Origin: an uncultured archaeon
GTDB lineage: Archaea > Thermoplasmatota > Penumbrarchaeia > JASLWR01
Reading direction: 5' to 3'
NCBI GenBank assembly: GCA_964430885.1
Contig: CAYSHM010000009.1
Coordinates: 1-64,000 of the forward strand
DNA length: 64,000 nucleotides
Below, one piece after another: positions 9,493 through 19,378 of this stretch. The translations under genes and the position numbers were made by a program. The first letter of the stretch is position 1. Every line of letters starts with the position of its first letter. The notes beneath the pieces are model-generated. The model saw nothing but the letters and a program-made list of their open reading frames with translations. It was not told the DNA's origin and did no database searches.

Positions 9493-9551
9493 GTGCTCAG
9501 TTCGCCCGTCTGTCATCATTATTCAGTTTTTTGTAATTTTCATCATTGCAC
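9493..9551 (-). ncRNA. Box C/D methylation guide sRNA
   Basis: Minus strand reads GTGC-A-ATGATGA(C)-AAATTACAAAAAA-CTGA(D')-ATA-ATGATGA(C')-CAGACGGGCGAA-CTGA(D)-GCAC: four consensus boxes, 13- and 12-nt spacers, terminal stem. Confidence 0.9.
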
Positions 9552-9723
9552 CATAAAAGATAGTCTATTTTATCTTAATAACAGGCATAATCCTATCACG
9601 TATAAATGTCGTTTCGAAAAATGTGTGCTCCTGAAGAATTTGGTGATAAGGACATCTTCATTTTTTAACTGCCTCCATTCCATTAGTGTTCTCAAGCTCC
9701 AAAAGTCAATAGATTTTTAGTCC

Positions 9724-11835
9724 TCAGACAAGAAGCATGTTGGCAATAATAATTGAAAGTGAAAAAGTGAAAAGCGTTATAGGCAGGGCTTTAACAAAGG
9801 TGACCTTGAGCTCCACTCGGTCATTTCCATATTTGATATTGGTACAGAAATAGAGTATTACCAGAACAGTGAGGATTAGATAGATGCCTATTATCAGACA
9901 GAATATCTCAGGGGCTATTACTGCAGCCCCCTCACCGAATCCCTGCCCGAAATTGAACGGCCCGATATCGGGAACATCTGCGGAAGAGTTGCCCATTCCT
10001 CCGATGCTGCCTATTCCTGACAGGCTTTCGGACAGCATCTGATATAGTGCGGTGGTGATGCCCATTATTATAGGTCCGAATATGGATCCGGTTGTCATCA
10101 TCATTCCTCTTACCGAGGACAGATTGTTGTCGATCTCATCCTCCACATTCTTCATCTGTCTAAGATATTGAGATATCTTGATTATGGTCGCTCCAGCTAC
10201 AGCGGGATCCTTTTTGATGGAATCCACCACTGTCCTCATGGATGCCTTGATGGTTCTTGAAGGATGGTTCTTTAATAGACCCTGGCTTCCGAAAAGGGCA
10301 TGTTTCAGCTGACTCCTTACAACCTGAAGGTTATAGAATATCTGTTTCAGAAGCCCACTGATGAAGGTATCCTCCATGCTTCGAGCTGTGCTGGATAGGG
10401 AATCTTCGAAAGCCTTTCCTTCGGCAATCCTGCTTCCGAGATGATAGAGTGCATCGGGAAATTCCTTTTCCATTTGGATTATCCTGTCCCTCTTCTTCTT
10501 CTGGTGACGGGAAGTAGAATGTGAATAGTAAATTATTGCAAGGCCGAAACCTATGATTATGGGCAGTGGACTTATTGATCTGAGCAGCGGGTCAGTGCTG
10601 TCATCTACGGATACCATACCTAGTATTCCCAATACGAGTCCGGTGAGAAATATTAGCACTGATACCGTTATGATTGCCTTCTTTTTAGCGGTTGAAAGTG
10701 GATTTGGGATATCGGGCGGTGTGGAGGTTCCCGGTCTATTGCCCAGGATGTGGTAAGCATACATGAGTGTTGTTCCAGGGAAAACCACATCCATTACAAG
10801 TACGATGGTGGGGACTGAATTGCTGCCTACCTGAAGAAGTGGCAGCATGGCTCCTATGATCATGGGAAGAAGTATACCCAGAGAGAAGAGGACCATTGTC
10901 GGGGCGGTCAGTGAATTGGCAAATCCCAGCATCTGCCTTCTAGTACCCTCAAGAATTATATCATTAGCGGTATCAAGAGCTCTCTCAATTCCTTCCTTTG
11001 TCTTCTCAATGGCTGAATTCCTGACACTGTAAAGTGCTCTTTTAAATTCCTCGTTGAATCTGCCACAGAAGCTGGCAAAGTCCAAAAACGAGCGCTCAAT
11101 GCTGTCGAATTCTCTGATATATACATTCCAGAGGATCTTTTTAAGCTGGGTCGCCAGGGGTTCATCCACATTGTCAGAAGCAAATTCGACTGCGGTGTTA
11201 AGGGATGGGTTCAAAGCCATTGACATTGACATGTAATTAATAACCTCAGGTAGTCTGCCTAGGGTTTTGACCTGAAGCCTATGTGCCTTTCTGTACGGGT
11301 ATCGCGAAACAAGTGCAGATAATATCGGAGGAAGGAGAAGGGTTATTCCTCCTATCAGAACGATCATAAATAGGCTAGGAACATCACCTAGCATAATGAA
11401 TATCACAATAATAATAGCATCCATGACCGCCAGAGCTAGATATGAAAATATGAGTATGAATGTGGCAAATACACTCACTTGGAAGGGTTCGAGGTCGTAG
11501 CGGAGGTATTTAAGGCAGAAGTTTAATTCGTGGTTCTGGTATTCCAGTTTTGTCTTGGCGAACATTTCCCTTTCGAGATTATATTCATTCTCATGGTCCC
11601 AGTAGCGTTCATTATCCTTCTTGAACCTCTTCTTCATTTCCTTGAAGTTGGACTCGGCCTTTTCATATCTTTTTTTCGCCTTATCGAGTACTGCCTTGCG
11701 CTCCTCCTCGTACTCCATCTTTTTTTTGGCCTTGTCCTCCACCATTATCTTTGTAGCTAGATTACACCCGTCAGTGAACCAGTCCACCTGGTAAAAATCC
11801 CTGCGTCCAGTGAATCTTTCTATACCGCTAGGCAT
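9724..11835 (-). CDS. Type IV pilus/T2SS inner-membrane platform protein (T2SS-F/TadC-like, duplicated domain)
   Basis: Two T2SSF-like units (LPEVINYM...SL..AVEFA; EFPDALYHLG...EG..FE) with TM blocks; overlaps the ATPase gene. Confidence 0.82.
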   Translation of the reverse strand: MPSGIERFTGRRDFYQVDWFTDGCNLATKIMVEDKAKKKMEYEEERKAVLDKAKKRYEKAESNFKEMKKRFKKDNERYWDHENEYNLEREMFAKTKLEYQNHELNFCLKYLRYDLEPFQVSVFATFILIFSYLALAVMDAIIIVIFIMLGDVPSLFMIVLIGGITLLLPPILSALVSRYPYRKAHRLQVKTLGRLPEVINYMSMSMALNPSLNTAVEFASDNVDEPLATQLKKILWNVYIREFDSIERSFLDFASFCGRFNEEFKRALYSVRNSAIEKTKEGIERALDTANDIILEGTRRQMLGFANSLTAPTMVLFSLGILLPMIIGAMLPLLQVGSNSVPTIVLVMDVVFPGTTLMYAYHILGNRPGTSTPPDIPNPLSTAKKKAIITVSVLIFLTGLVLGILGMVSVDDSTDPLLRSISPLPIIIGFGLAIIYYSHSTSRHQKKKRDRIIQMEKEFPDALYHLGSRIAEGKAFEDSLSSTARSMEDTFISGLLKQIFYNLQVVRSQLKHALFGSQGLLKNHPSRTIKASMRTVVDSIKKDPAVAGATIIKISQYLRQMKNVEDEIDNNLSSVRGMMMTTGSIFGPIIMGITTALYQMLSESLSGIGSIGGMGNSSADVPDIGPFNFGQGFGEGAAVIAPEIFCLIIGIYLILTVLVILYFCTNIKYGNDRVELKVTFVKALPITLFTFSLSIIIANMLLV

Positions 11836-13738
11836 GTATCACGCGCCTCTTGTAGATATTGTACCACTCGTCATATAGTGTGTCGTAGTTAATTCTACTG
11901 AATTTACGATAATGCTCCTCCACAACATTCCAGAATATATCGCTGGCTTGTGAGCTGGCATTAACTCCCAAAAGTTTGGGCATATTGAAATGATGGGAAT
12001 CCTTTACTAGGGTCTCCTTTATCATTGCCCTTATCCTGATATTCTCCTCAAGCTCCTCCACAGTTGTCCCCCAATTGTCCGCTATGTTCCTGAGAAGGGC
12101 GGAGTTTGGTCCCAGAGCTTCAGTGGGCATAAGCTTGTCGGTGTTTGGATCGTATGTCATCAGATCAGCAAACATCTGCTCCTCATTGAGGTTCAGGTCC
12201 TTCTTCACTTCGGTGATCTGGGTTACCCTTTTTATGGATTCCTGTATACCGCTGGGCCTTGTCAATCCAGCTACCACCACCACATCCGTTGCGCTGAAGG
12301 ATTCCCTGTTGATTTTCAGGTCATATACTATTCGCTCGTATACACCTCGGGCGGAATTGGCATGGATCGTACCTAGGACAGAACTGCCTGCGGTTCCGGC
12401 CCTCATAGCCTCGTAAAGGGTCTGGGCTTCCTCACCTCTGACCTCACCCATAACTATTGCAGATTCTCCGAGACGTAATGATACCTTCAGAGCATCAGTG
12501 GTGGATGCATCCCCCATTGATCCCAGAGATGACTGAACATACAGGGATTGAACCTTGTAGCCCAGATCCTGCATCTTCAGGACTGGCAATTCCAAGGTAT
12601 CCTCAATGGTCAGAATTCGCTGGCTCTTGGGGAATTCTAGGAGTATCGCACCTAAGAGCGAGGTCTTGCCCGCACCCCTGCTTCCGGTCACCAAAACGGT
12701 ATTCTGGGAGTCTATCAGGAACCAAAGAAGACCGGCGCCTAGAGGCGTTAGGCTTCCTACATCAATGAGCCGTGCTAGGGTCCAGGGGTCCATTGCATGT
12801 TTCCTTAAAGCGAAAGCCGTTCCCTGAGGGCTGATGGGGTTCCCCACAACTGTCACCCTGGTATCATAGGAATCCAGATCGCATTCCAGAACCGGATTTG
12901 CCTCTGAAAAAGGCCTTCCGCTGTCGTATCTGAACCTTGAAAGAAGGCTTTCTACATCATTGGTTGAGAGAATAACATTTGTTCGGCAGTTCCCCGGGAA
13001 GGCCGAACTGCCTATCTTTCCAAGGGTAACATATATTTGATTATCTGGAGCGGGAGCATCAATGTAGACATCGTGAATGTTGGGGTCCTTCAAGATGATC
13101 TCCAGTATACCCATACCTGCGGTATAGCGCGCAAGAATCTTTGCAAGGGACTGTATCTGGCTTGAGGCTCTGCCCTTGTCGAAACTTATATTATGCAGGT
13201 TTGCCAGTTCATATAGGTGATACTCCGCATATTTCTGGACATAATCCTTGGCCTGCTCAATATTTGACAGCTGTATATTAGGCGGTATCTCCTCTGTCAG
13301 GCTCTTTCTAGCGATCTCCAGCAATCTTAGGAACCTGTGGTCAAGATCGTATTCTGGAGGAGAGATGAAGTAATATCCCTCTGTCTCGTTCTTCAATCTA
13401 TGGATGCTCACCTTTGCATCCAGTATCTGATATGATATGACCTCCTGGGCATTGGCTGGGACCTTGGGTACCAGCCAGGAGGATGAAAAATGCGGTTTTA
13501 TACGCCTGTTCATACTGAATATGCGGTATAAGCCGTTCTTCAAGCTATCGGTTTGGGTCTGGTTTTCGAAATTAGCGAACCTCCTCTGAAGTTCCTGCCC
13601 CATTCGAACAACATCCTGACTGGATTTGAGTTCGCCATCTTTATCAGAGCCTTTAAGGACCCATTTTGACGGTTTTTTTTCGGCATTGCTTAAGGTCAAA
13701 GCGTTAGAATTGACGCCTTGATAATTATTATAGGACAT
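11828..13738 (-). CDS. Type II/IV secretion ATPase (VirB11/TadA/FlaI family)
   Basis: Walker A GSRGAGKTS, Asp box TIEDTLEL, Walker B VMGEVRG, His box GTIH; AGGAG upstream. Confidence 0.93.
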   Translation of the reverse strand: MSYNNYQGVNSNALTLSNAEKKPSKWVLKGSDKDGELKSSQDVVRMGQELQRRFANFENQTQTDSLKNGLYRIFSMNRRIKPHFSSSWLVPKVPANAQEVISYQILDAKVSIHRLKNETEGYYFISPPEYDLDHRFLRLLEIARKSLTEEIPPNIQLSNIEQAKDYVQKYAEYHLYELANLHNISFDKGRASSQIQSLAKILARYTAGMGILEIILKDPNIHDVYIDAPAPDNQIYVTLGKIGSSAFPGNCRTNVILSTNDVESLLSRFRYDSGRPFSEANPVLECDLDSYDTRVTVVGNPISPQGTAFALRKHAMDPWTLARLIDVGSLTPLGAGLLWFLIDSQNTVLVTGSRGAGKTSLLGAILLEFPKSQRILTIEDTLELPVLKMQDLGYKVQSLYVQSSLGSMGDASTTDALKVSLRLGESAIVMGEVRGEEAQTLYEAMRAGTAGSSVLGTIHANSARGVYERIVYDLKINRESFSATDVVVVAGLTRPSGIQESIKRVTQITEVKKDLNLNEEQMFADLMTYDPNTDKLMPTEALGPNSALLRNIADNWGTTVEELEENIRIRAMIKETLVKDSHHFNMPKLLGVNASSQASDIFWNVVEEHYRKFSRINYDTLYDEWYNIYKRRVIHA

Positions 13739-13829
13739 GAATCATTCTCTCCTTTCATTGTTTGAGGATGTTTTACTATTGCTGAGTAGTATTTTCAACA
13801 GATTTGAAATGTTCCTTTTCTCAGAAGTA

Positions 13830-14435
13830 TCATTCACTTCGATAAATAATCTTGTACGCCCCTTCAAGTATGAACCTGACGAGATCATCGAATTTGGAAA
13901 ACACCTCATTCAGGTTTTCCATTGTAGTGTATCTGCAGGTATTACAGAACTCGGCCTTTGACTGAAAGGAGTGTACATCACCCATAGTTTTCTTCATTCG
14001 GTTGTAAAAGGAATCCATATCGGTCATGAAAGCCTTATCGAGCTTTGGAAACACCCGCTTTGGATGAATTTGACATGTGATGCAGGGTATTTTTTTCTTG
14101 AACTTCGGATGATAATGTTTGAACTGGGCTTGGGGTTTTCTTACTGAAAAATTCTGGATCTTAGTTGAGAAATCCTTCATTTTCTTGATGAGGTCCACTG
14201 AATCCCCGAAGTACATGGTATCTAGATAATGGGACATGTTGAGATAATCTATCATATAGGTTTCAGATAGGATCTTCATGATCCCGCTGAAGCAAGCAGA
14301 GTTGGCAATGGAATAATTAAGATCGCAGTCCTTGCAGTTAATTACCATTTTCTGCTTTTTTCCTTCCCATTCAACATAATAATCACAGGTCCTGGGGCTC
14401 GATCCGTTTTTTTTCTTCTTGTTTTTTGAGGACAT
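13830..14435 (-). CDS. Cys-rich protein co-oriented with the pilus ATPase
   Basis: 201 aa with CKDC, CITC, CNTC and two further Cys; first gene of the operon. Confidence 0.7.
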   Translation of the reverse strand: MSSKNKKKKNGSSPRTCDYYVEWEGKKQKMVINCKDCDLNYSIANSACFSGIMKILSETYMIDYLNMSHYLDTMYFGDSVDLIKKMKDFSTKIQNFSVRKPQAQFKHYHPKFKKKIPCITCQIHPKRVFPKLDKAFMTDMDSFYNRMKKTMGDVHSFQSKAEFCNTCRYTTMENLNEVFSKFDDLVRFILEGAYKIIYRSE

Positions 14436-14949
14436 CAGAATAACCCACCGTTGTCAATCTGTTAAACGGTCTTGATTTCTGTTTCTGCTCTTGCTATTTA
14501 CCGCCGTTTAGATAAATGGTAATATGCAGGTTAGTGAATGGTAATTTTTTTCAGGATGCAGTTATTGAATAGTTTCAATTGCTATAAACAATAAAGGGTT
14601 TTCAGTAAGGTGGAGATGTGCAGTCTTTTTTGGATTATTAAAGGCTTATTTTGTTCAGATATTGTAATCCAGTTATTTATTTACCGATTATTCAAGAACC
14701 AAGATGATTAATGTGATTATGTCCATACTATATAATCATTATTATAAAAGATAATGTGTTTCCTCTTTGTAGCGTGGCAGTCATAATTTTTACTGTTTAA
14801 AACAAGCTCTTCACCTTTCAATTATTTAAAAAATACAATAGTTTTATATCGATTAAAGGAAATATCAAATTATATTACAAAATTTACATTTGCCCCTTCA
14901 TGCCAATCAGTATTTCTGAAATAAGCATCAAAATTGGCTTGAGGGTCCT

Positions 14950-16671
14950 ATGATGATCGATCAACAGGAAGGCGTCAATATGGAAAGATATTTCATTAAC
15001 AAGAAGGTAATCCGTTTTCTGGGAATTTCCCTCATTGCGGTCCTGGCAGTGGTTTTGATCTCTTTATTTCTAGATAATGCTGAGGCCGATCCTGCACTGT
15101 CCTGGACTGGTGAGCGTGGATTTATCGGGGACGGGGTCCACCCTCAAACTGGATTGGTAAATGGCACCTTCGATTTCAGAATACTTTACAGGGATGGGGA
15201 CAACATGACCCCTGACTATGTATCTCTGTTCCTCAGACCAACGGGTGGCGCCTGGACGAACCATTCCCTCACATCAGTGGCAAATGATAATTTCTATACA
15301 AGAGGCGTGATATTCAGCAAGCAAATATCCCTTTCTACAGCTGGCAGTTATCAATATTATTTCATATCTGGATATAACAACACTGAAGAAGTTAGAATGC
15401 CGTCCTCCTCGGGCGTTTATATGGAAGAACCCCTTCTCAATACACCACCAGTTCTTCAGGGAGGTATTGATAAGGAATACGGTATTGAGAGCAGTACCTT
15501 CCGCTATACCGCTACCTTCTACGATGCGGATAATAACCCTGTTGACCCAAAGCACGGATTTTTATTCATAGACGGGACCTCCTATCCCATGCTGGAATCC
15601 GATATGGGTGACAATGACACTGTGGATGGGAAGGAATATTATTATGAGATGGATATGCTGGACATCGGAGTTCACGAATTCTATTTTCAGTTCAAGGATT
15701 CCTTTGGAACAATGGCAGAGACAAATCTTACTTTTCTTCCCAAGATATATGACGGATGGCCGGATCTACTCGTCAGATCTCAGGATATTTCTTTCCATAA
15801 GGATCCAGGTACCGGGAATCTCCAGATTAATGCTACCGTACATAACATAGGTATGGGATCTGCGTATGATATTCCTGTTGTAATATGGATGAATGATCCC
15901 GATGATACACTCGGTGAGATACCGGTCCCAAATAACTATGGGAATCATTCATATCACATATCATATCTCCCGAAGAATCAGGGGGAATCCTTTGTTTGGC
16001 TCACGGATATAGTCTATAATGATACCCAATACAACACTGTTTATGTGACCGTAGATATGGATTACAGGGAGGATTCCAACCCGTATCATCCATTTGCCGA
16101 GGCTAAACCTATGGGCGATGATATGCCTGAACTGGTTGATTATTCCGATCCCGATACAAACAACAAAGCTTACAACATCTATTCCTTCGGACCGGATATT
16201 GAGATCAGAAAATCCGAGGTTCTCCCAGTGTCAGTCATTTTGGGAAGAAAGGTAACCTTCATTGCTACCATTCGTAATGTTGGGAATGATATAGTTCCTC
16301 TGGGGAGCGAGGTTATGGTCAATTTCACGTTGATAAGTCCTGATGGGAATGAAATGGATGCCGGAACCAAAACCTATTCCATTTGGGGTGGAATGATGCC
16401 CGGAGCCCCCTTCCAAGCTGAAATGCAGCATGAGTTCGGATCGGGATTGGAAAATAGAGGACAGTGGCGCCTGATAGTCAATGCTACCGTTAATGCGACC
16501 CAAGGAGTTGAATTGAATCTGATTAATAATATTGTGGATGTACCTCTGGACGTGGTAAGGGTGGATAGGGAAGCGGTTACACCTTCATTCAACCCCTCAA
16601 TAGTTGTAATGGTATTGGGTATTTTGGTCTGTTCGCATCTGCTCATAATTATTCAGAAGAGGAGACGATAG
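14950..16671 (+). CDS. Cell-surface protein: two Ig-like repeats, CARDB-like domains, C-terminal anchor
   Basis: Signal/TM, PDL.V...ATVHNIG and ATIRNVG...E.N..NN CARDB-like motifs, C-terminal PSF-TM-KRRR. Confidence 0.8.
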   Translation: MMIDQQEGVNMERYFINKKVIRFLGISLIAVLAVVLISLFLDNAEADPALSWTGERGFIGDGVHPQTGLVNGTFDFRILYRDGDNMTPDYVSLFLRPTGGAWTNHSLTSVANDNFYTRGVIFSKQISLSTAGSYQYYFISGYNNTEEVRMPSSSGVYMEEPLLNTPPVLQGGIDKEYGIESSTFRYTATFYDADNNPVDPKHGFLFIDGTSYPMLESDMGDNDTVDGKEYYYEMDMLDIGVHEFYFQFKDSFGTMAETNLTFLPKIYDGWPDLLVRSQDISFHKDPGTGNLQINATVHNIGMGSAYDIPVVIWMNDPDDTLGEIPVPNNYGNHSYHISYLPKNQGESFVWLTDIVYNDTQYNTVYVTVDMDYREDSNPYHPFAEAKPMGDDMPELVDYSDPDTNNKAYNIYSFGPDIEIRKSEVLPVSVILGRKVTFIATIRNVGNDIVPLGSEVMVNFTLISPDGNEMDAGTKTYSIWGGMMPGAPFQAEMQHEFGSGLENRGQWRLIVNATVNATQGVELNLINNIVDVPLDVVRVDREAVTPSFNPSIVVMVLGILVCSHLLIIIQKRRR

Positions 16672-16783
16672 GGAATAGAATTATGGATCGACATTTTTCG
16701 TCACTTTCCGAAATTGAATAAGATATTTTTTTGAAAAATTACCGTAGAACAGTATAGGTTGAATTCCGTTTGAAACGATCAGG

Positions 16784-17143
16784 ATGATATGCATGCAGGA
16801 CCTTATAAAAGAAGCACTTAAGGAGTTTTCCATAGCTATAAATGAAACACCCGACCTACAAGAATATATGAAGGACAAAGTGAGGAGAGTTCAGATCAAT
16901 CTACTTGAGAACGAGATGGTCCAGCATATCTACAGTATAACCGTGGAGGGTTCAAAGGTACATCCTATGGAAGAGAAGGCCTTTGAGGTTAGACCCGATA
17001 TAAGCATCACCTCCACAGAGGAGGATCTGACATCTATCCTAAAAAAGGAGCTGTCGCCCATCAAGGCCTATGCAACCGGAAGATTAAAAATAAGGGCGCC
17101 TCTGCTGGATATGCTTCTACTGAGAAAGATGCTTAGCGGCTAA
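16784..17143 (+). CDS. SCP2 sterol-carrier-like lipid-binding domain protein
   Basis: PDISIT....L..IL..ELSPIKAYATGRLKI signature. Confidence 0.82.
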   Translation: MICMQDLIKEALKEFSIAINETPDLQEYMKDKVRRVQINLLENEMVQHIYSITVEGSKVHPMEEKAFEVRPDISITSTEEDLTSILKKELSPIKAYATGRLKIRAPLLDMLLLRKMLSG

Positions 17144-17245
17144 GTCCTAACTGAACTTGATTTTTCAGGTGTTAAAGTTAAATTGGCGCCATCATAAGGG
17201 CAGAAATATCCTCCAAATGGATATTGGAAAAATTTAATTGAGTGC

Positions 17246-17262
17246 ATTTTGTTAAACAAAAT
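17246..17262. promoter_or_regulatory. Palindrome upstream of the ArsR-like regulator (possible operator)
   Basis: ATTTTGTT-A-AACAAAAT perfect 8-bp inverted repeat next to TATA-like TTTATTAA; AT-rich context lowers its significance. Confidence 0.3.
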
Positions 17263-17320
17263 CATATTTTAAATAAAATTTATTAAGCAATACCGGTAAG
17301 TACAGGTAAAAAACCTTTTT

Positions 17321-17830
17321 GTGACTTCTATGAGCAGAGTAAAGATTATCAGCGAAGTAAGTGAATTGGTACCACTGCTACTATCGCTTTGCGGACCGGT
17401 CAAGTGGGAAATCCTCAACACCCTCATGAAGGATTGGTGTACAGAGGAGGATATTGTTACTGCTCACGGCGAGGAAGCCAAGGACATTCTCACCTTTCTT
17501 GAAAAACATAAACTGGTGGAGACAATGTGGCAGCCAGGACTGGATCTGAGACGAACCAAAGCCTTCAGAGCCTATTACAACAATGTCCATATCAATGTAG
17601 CCTGCACCTTGGAAGAGTTCTCCCAGACACTGAGCGTAGCCATGTTATCCGATGAGGATTTCAAAGCAGTGGAAGAGAGGATAGTGGATATGGTTGGTGA
17701 TCAGGGAATGTATTTTGGGGATGTTCTTGATGAAATCGGCGGTTTTACCAGCATAGAGTTCAAGAGCATGATCAAACGGTCCACTCTGCTGGAATACAGG
17801 GGTCACAGAGTAAGAAGGATTCAGAAATGA
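17321..17830 (+). CDS. Archaeal ArsR-like winged-helix protein
   Basis: SELVPLL...W.T..DI....G...L.FLEK.KLVET.W...K.F..YY..VHIN pattern resembles the euryarchaeal ArsR-type family. Confidence 0.7.
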   Translation: MTSMSRVKIISEVSELVPLLLSLCGPVKWEILNTLMKDWCTEEDIVTAHGEEAKDILTFLEKHKLVETMWQPGLDLRRTKAFRAYYNNVHINVACTLEEFSQTLSVAMLSDEDFKAVEERIVDMVGDQGMYFGDVLDEIGGFTSIEFKSMIKRSTLLEYRGHRVRRIQK

Positions 17831-18040
17831 TGAACTTCATCGATTATTTTCCTAAATTTCAACCTTTATATTGAATACCGAATCAATTTGATTTTGTAAA
17901 TATGCAGTTCTATCGTTATGAAAAATATCCTGCTGTCAATGCAGAAAGGGATTTTTTTTCAACACAACAGGAGAGAAAAAATTTCGATCTTGGATTTAAT
18001 ATTATATACCCTTGAAGTCCCGGTGAAAGGAGAAATTGCT

Positions 18041-18601
18041 TTGATTGAAGTATTAAGGATAGGTCATAGACCTGGTCGGGATAAAAGGGTGACAACTCAT
18101 GTTGCTCTGGTTGCCAGAGCATTTGGAGCGGGCGGAATATATATTCCAGGGGGCGATGATAAATTAAAAAGAACACTGCAGACGGTCGTGGATAGATTCG
18201 GGGGTGAATTCAATATTGATATCCGCCGTCCAGCCAAATCCCTGTTTGCAGACTATAAAGGTCTAAAAGTTCACTTAACTATGTACGGTTCTGAATTATT
18301 GTCATCGATAGAAAAAATAAAGAATACTGTCCAGTTCGCCAGCCGGGATGAAATGGATACTGATGGGGATATTCTGATCATTGTAGGTGCGGAAAAGGTG
18401 CCTAGGTATGTTTATGACATGTCTGATTTCAATGTGTCGGTGGGTAATCAGCCCCATAGTGAGATAGCAGCTTTGGCAGTTTTTTTAGACCGGCTGACCA
18501 AGGGCGGGTGGCTGGAGATGAGGTTTCAGGGTGAAGTGGAGATAATACCGGATGAACGGGGAAAAAACGTAGTGGATTCAAGGTATGATCAAATAGGTTA
18601 G
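18041..18601 (+). CDS. trm56: tRNA (cytidine56-2'-O)-methyltransferase aTrm56
   Basis: IEVLRIGHRPGRDKRVTTHVALVARAFGA, HLTMYG, VGAEKVP, NQPHSEIAALAVFLDRL; TTG 18041 after AGGAG preferred to the ORF-track start 17918. Confidence 0.95.
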   Translation: MIEVLRIGHRPGRDKRVTTHVALVARAFGAGGIYIPGGDDKLKRTLQTVVDRFGGEFNIDIRRPAKSLFADYKGLKVHLTMYGSELLSSIEKIKNTVQFASRDEMDTDGDILIIVGAEKVPRYVYDMSDFNVSVGNQPHSEIAALAVFLDRLTKGGWLEMRFQGEVEIIPDERGKNVVDSRYDQIG

Positions 18602-18764
18602 ATTAATGATTTAACGCCGATTAACGAATTTAAGCAAACATGAGAGCCGCTTTCCGATGGCTGTGGTTTTCTTTAATAATAAGCCAGAATTCCACTTCAT
18701 TATACATCAAAGAAGATGTCAGGCTTTAGTGTTCACAGTTAAGTAAAATATCAACCGGAGTAGA

Positions 18765-19325
18765 ATGAATATGACTAACGGAATTTTAAGCTTTGATGAG
18801 TGTATCCAGATGCTTATCAAGGAAAAAATAGACAATGACGTAATAATCCATTCCCAAATGGTCGAACGCTTGTCCAGAAGGATAGGGGAAGCAATAACCC
18901 AGAATAAGGATAATCTGATAAAGATTAATATCGGTATTATGCGCATGGGTGCACTTCTCCATGATATCGGAAGAGCTAGGACCCACGAGATCGCACATGT
19001 GCTTGAAGGAGTGAATATTGCCCGAAAATCTCGTTTTCCTCCGGAAGTGATACACATAATTGAAATGCACGTGGGATCAGGGCTCACCGAAAAAGAGGCT
19101 GAGGAATTGGGACTTGAGAAGAAGAGGTATTTCCCTCAATCAATGGAAGCGAAAATAGTATCCTATGCTGACAATGTGATCTCAGGGGATAGACGGATAG
19201 ATATTAGAAGGGCGAAGGCTAGGTATCTTAAGAAGGGATTGAATAATGCCGCGGAAAGACTTCAGGAGGCCCATGACTATCTATCTGGTATAGCAGGCAA
19301 GAACCTTGACCGCATTAGAATTTGA
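18765..19325 (+). CDS. HD-domain phosphohydrolase (HDIG, TIGR00295-like)
   Basis: H...V, LLHDIGRA.TH...H...G, IE.H.G.G, E.KIV.YADN. Confidence 0.88.
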   Translation: MNMTNGILSFDECIQMLIKEKIDNDVIIHSQMVERLSRRIGEAITQNKDNLIKINIGIMRMGALLHDIGRARTHEIAHVLEGVNIARKSRFPPEVIHIIEMHVGSGLTEKEAEELGLEKKRYFPQSMEAKIVSYADNVISGDRRIDIRRAKARYLKKGLNNAAERLQEAHDYLSGIAGKNLDRIRI

Positions 19326-19378
19326 TTATCATACATTAGGATTCCATGCAATATCAACCAACTTAGAAGATGAAGATA

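Noticed and set aside
13739-13850. Frameshift joining the Cys-rich gene to the ATPase
   Set aside because: All three minus-strand frames meet a stop before the ATPase start, which has its own AGGAG.
14436-14949. 514-bp gap as a hidden gene or ncRNA
   Set aside because: AT-rich divergent promoter region; only a weak hairpin, and no convincing ORF or RNA motif.
17918-18040. N-terminal extension of aTrm56
   Set aside because: Contains a TATA-like TTATATA and an AGGAG before TTG 18041, where homology begins; ORF-caller over-extension.
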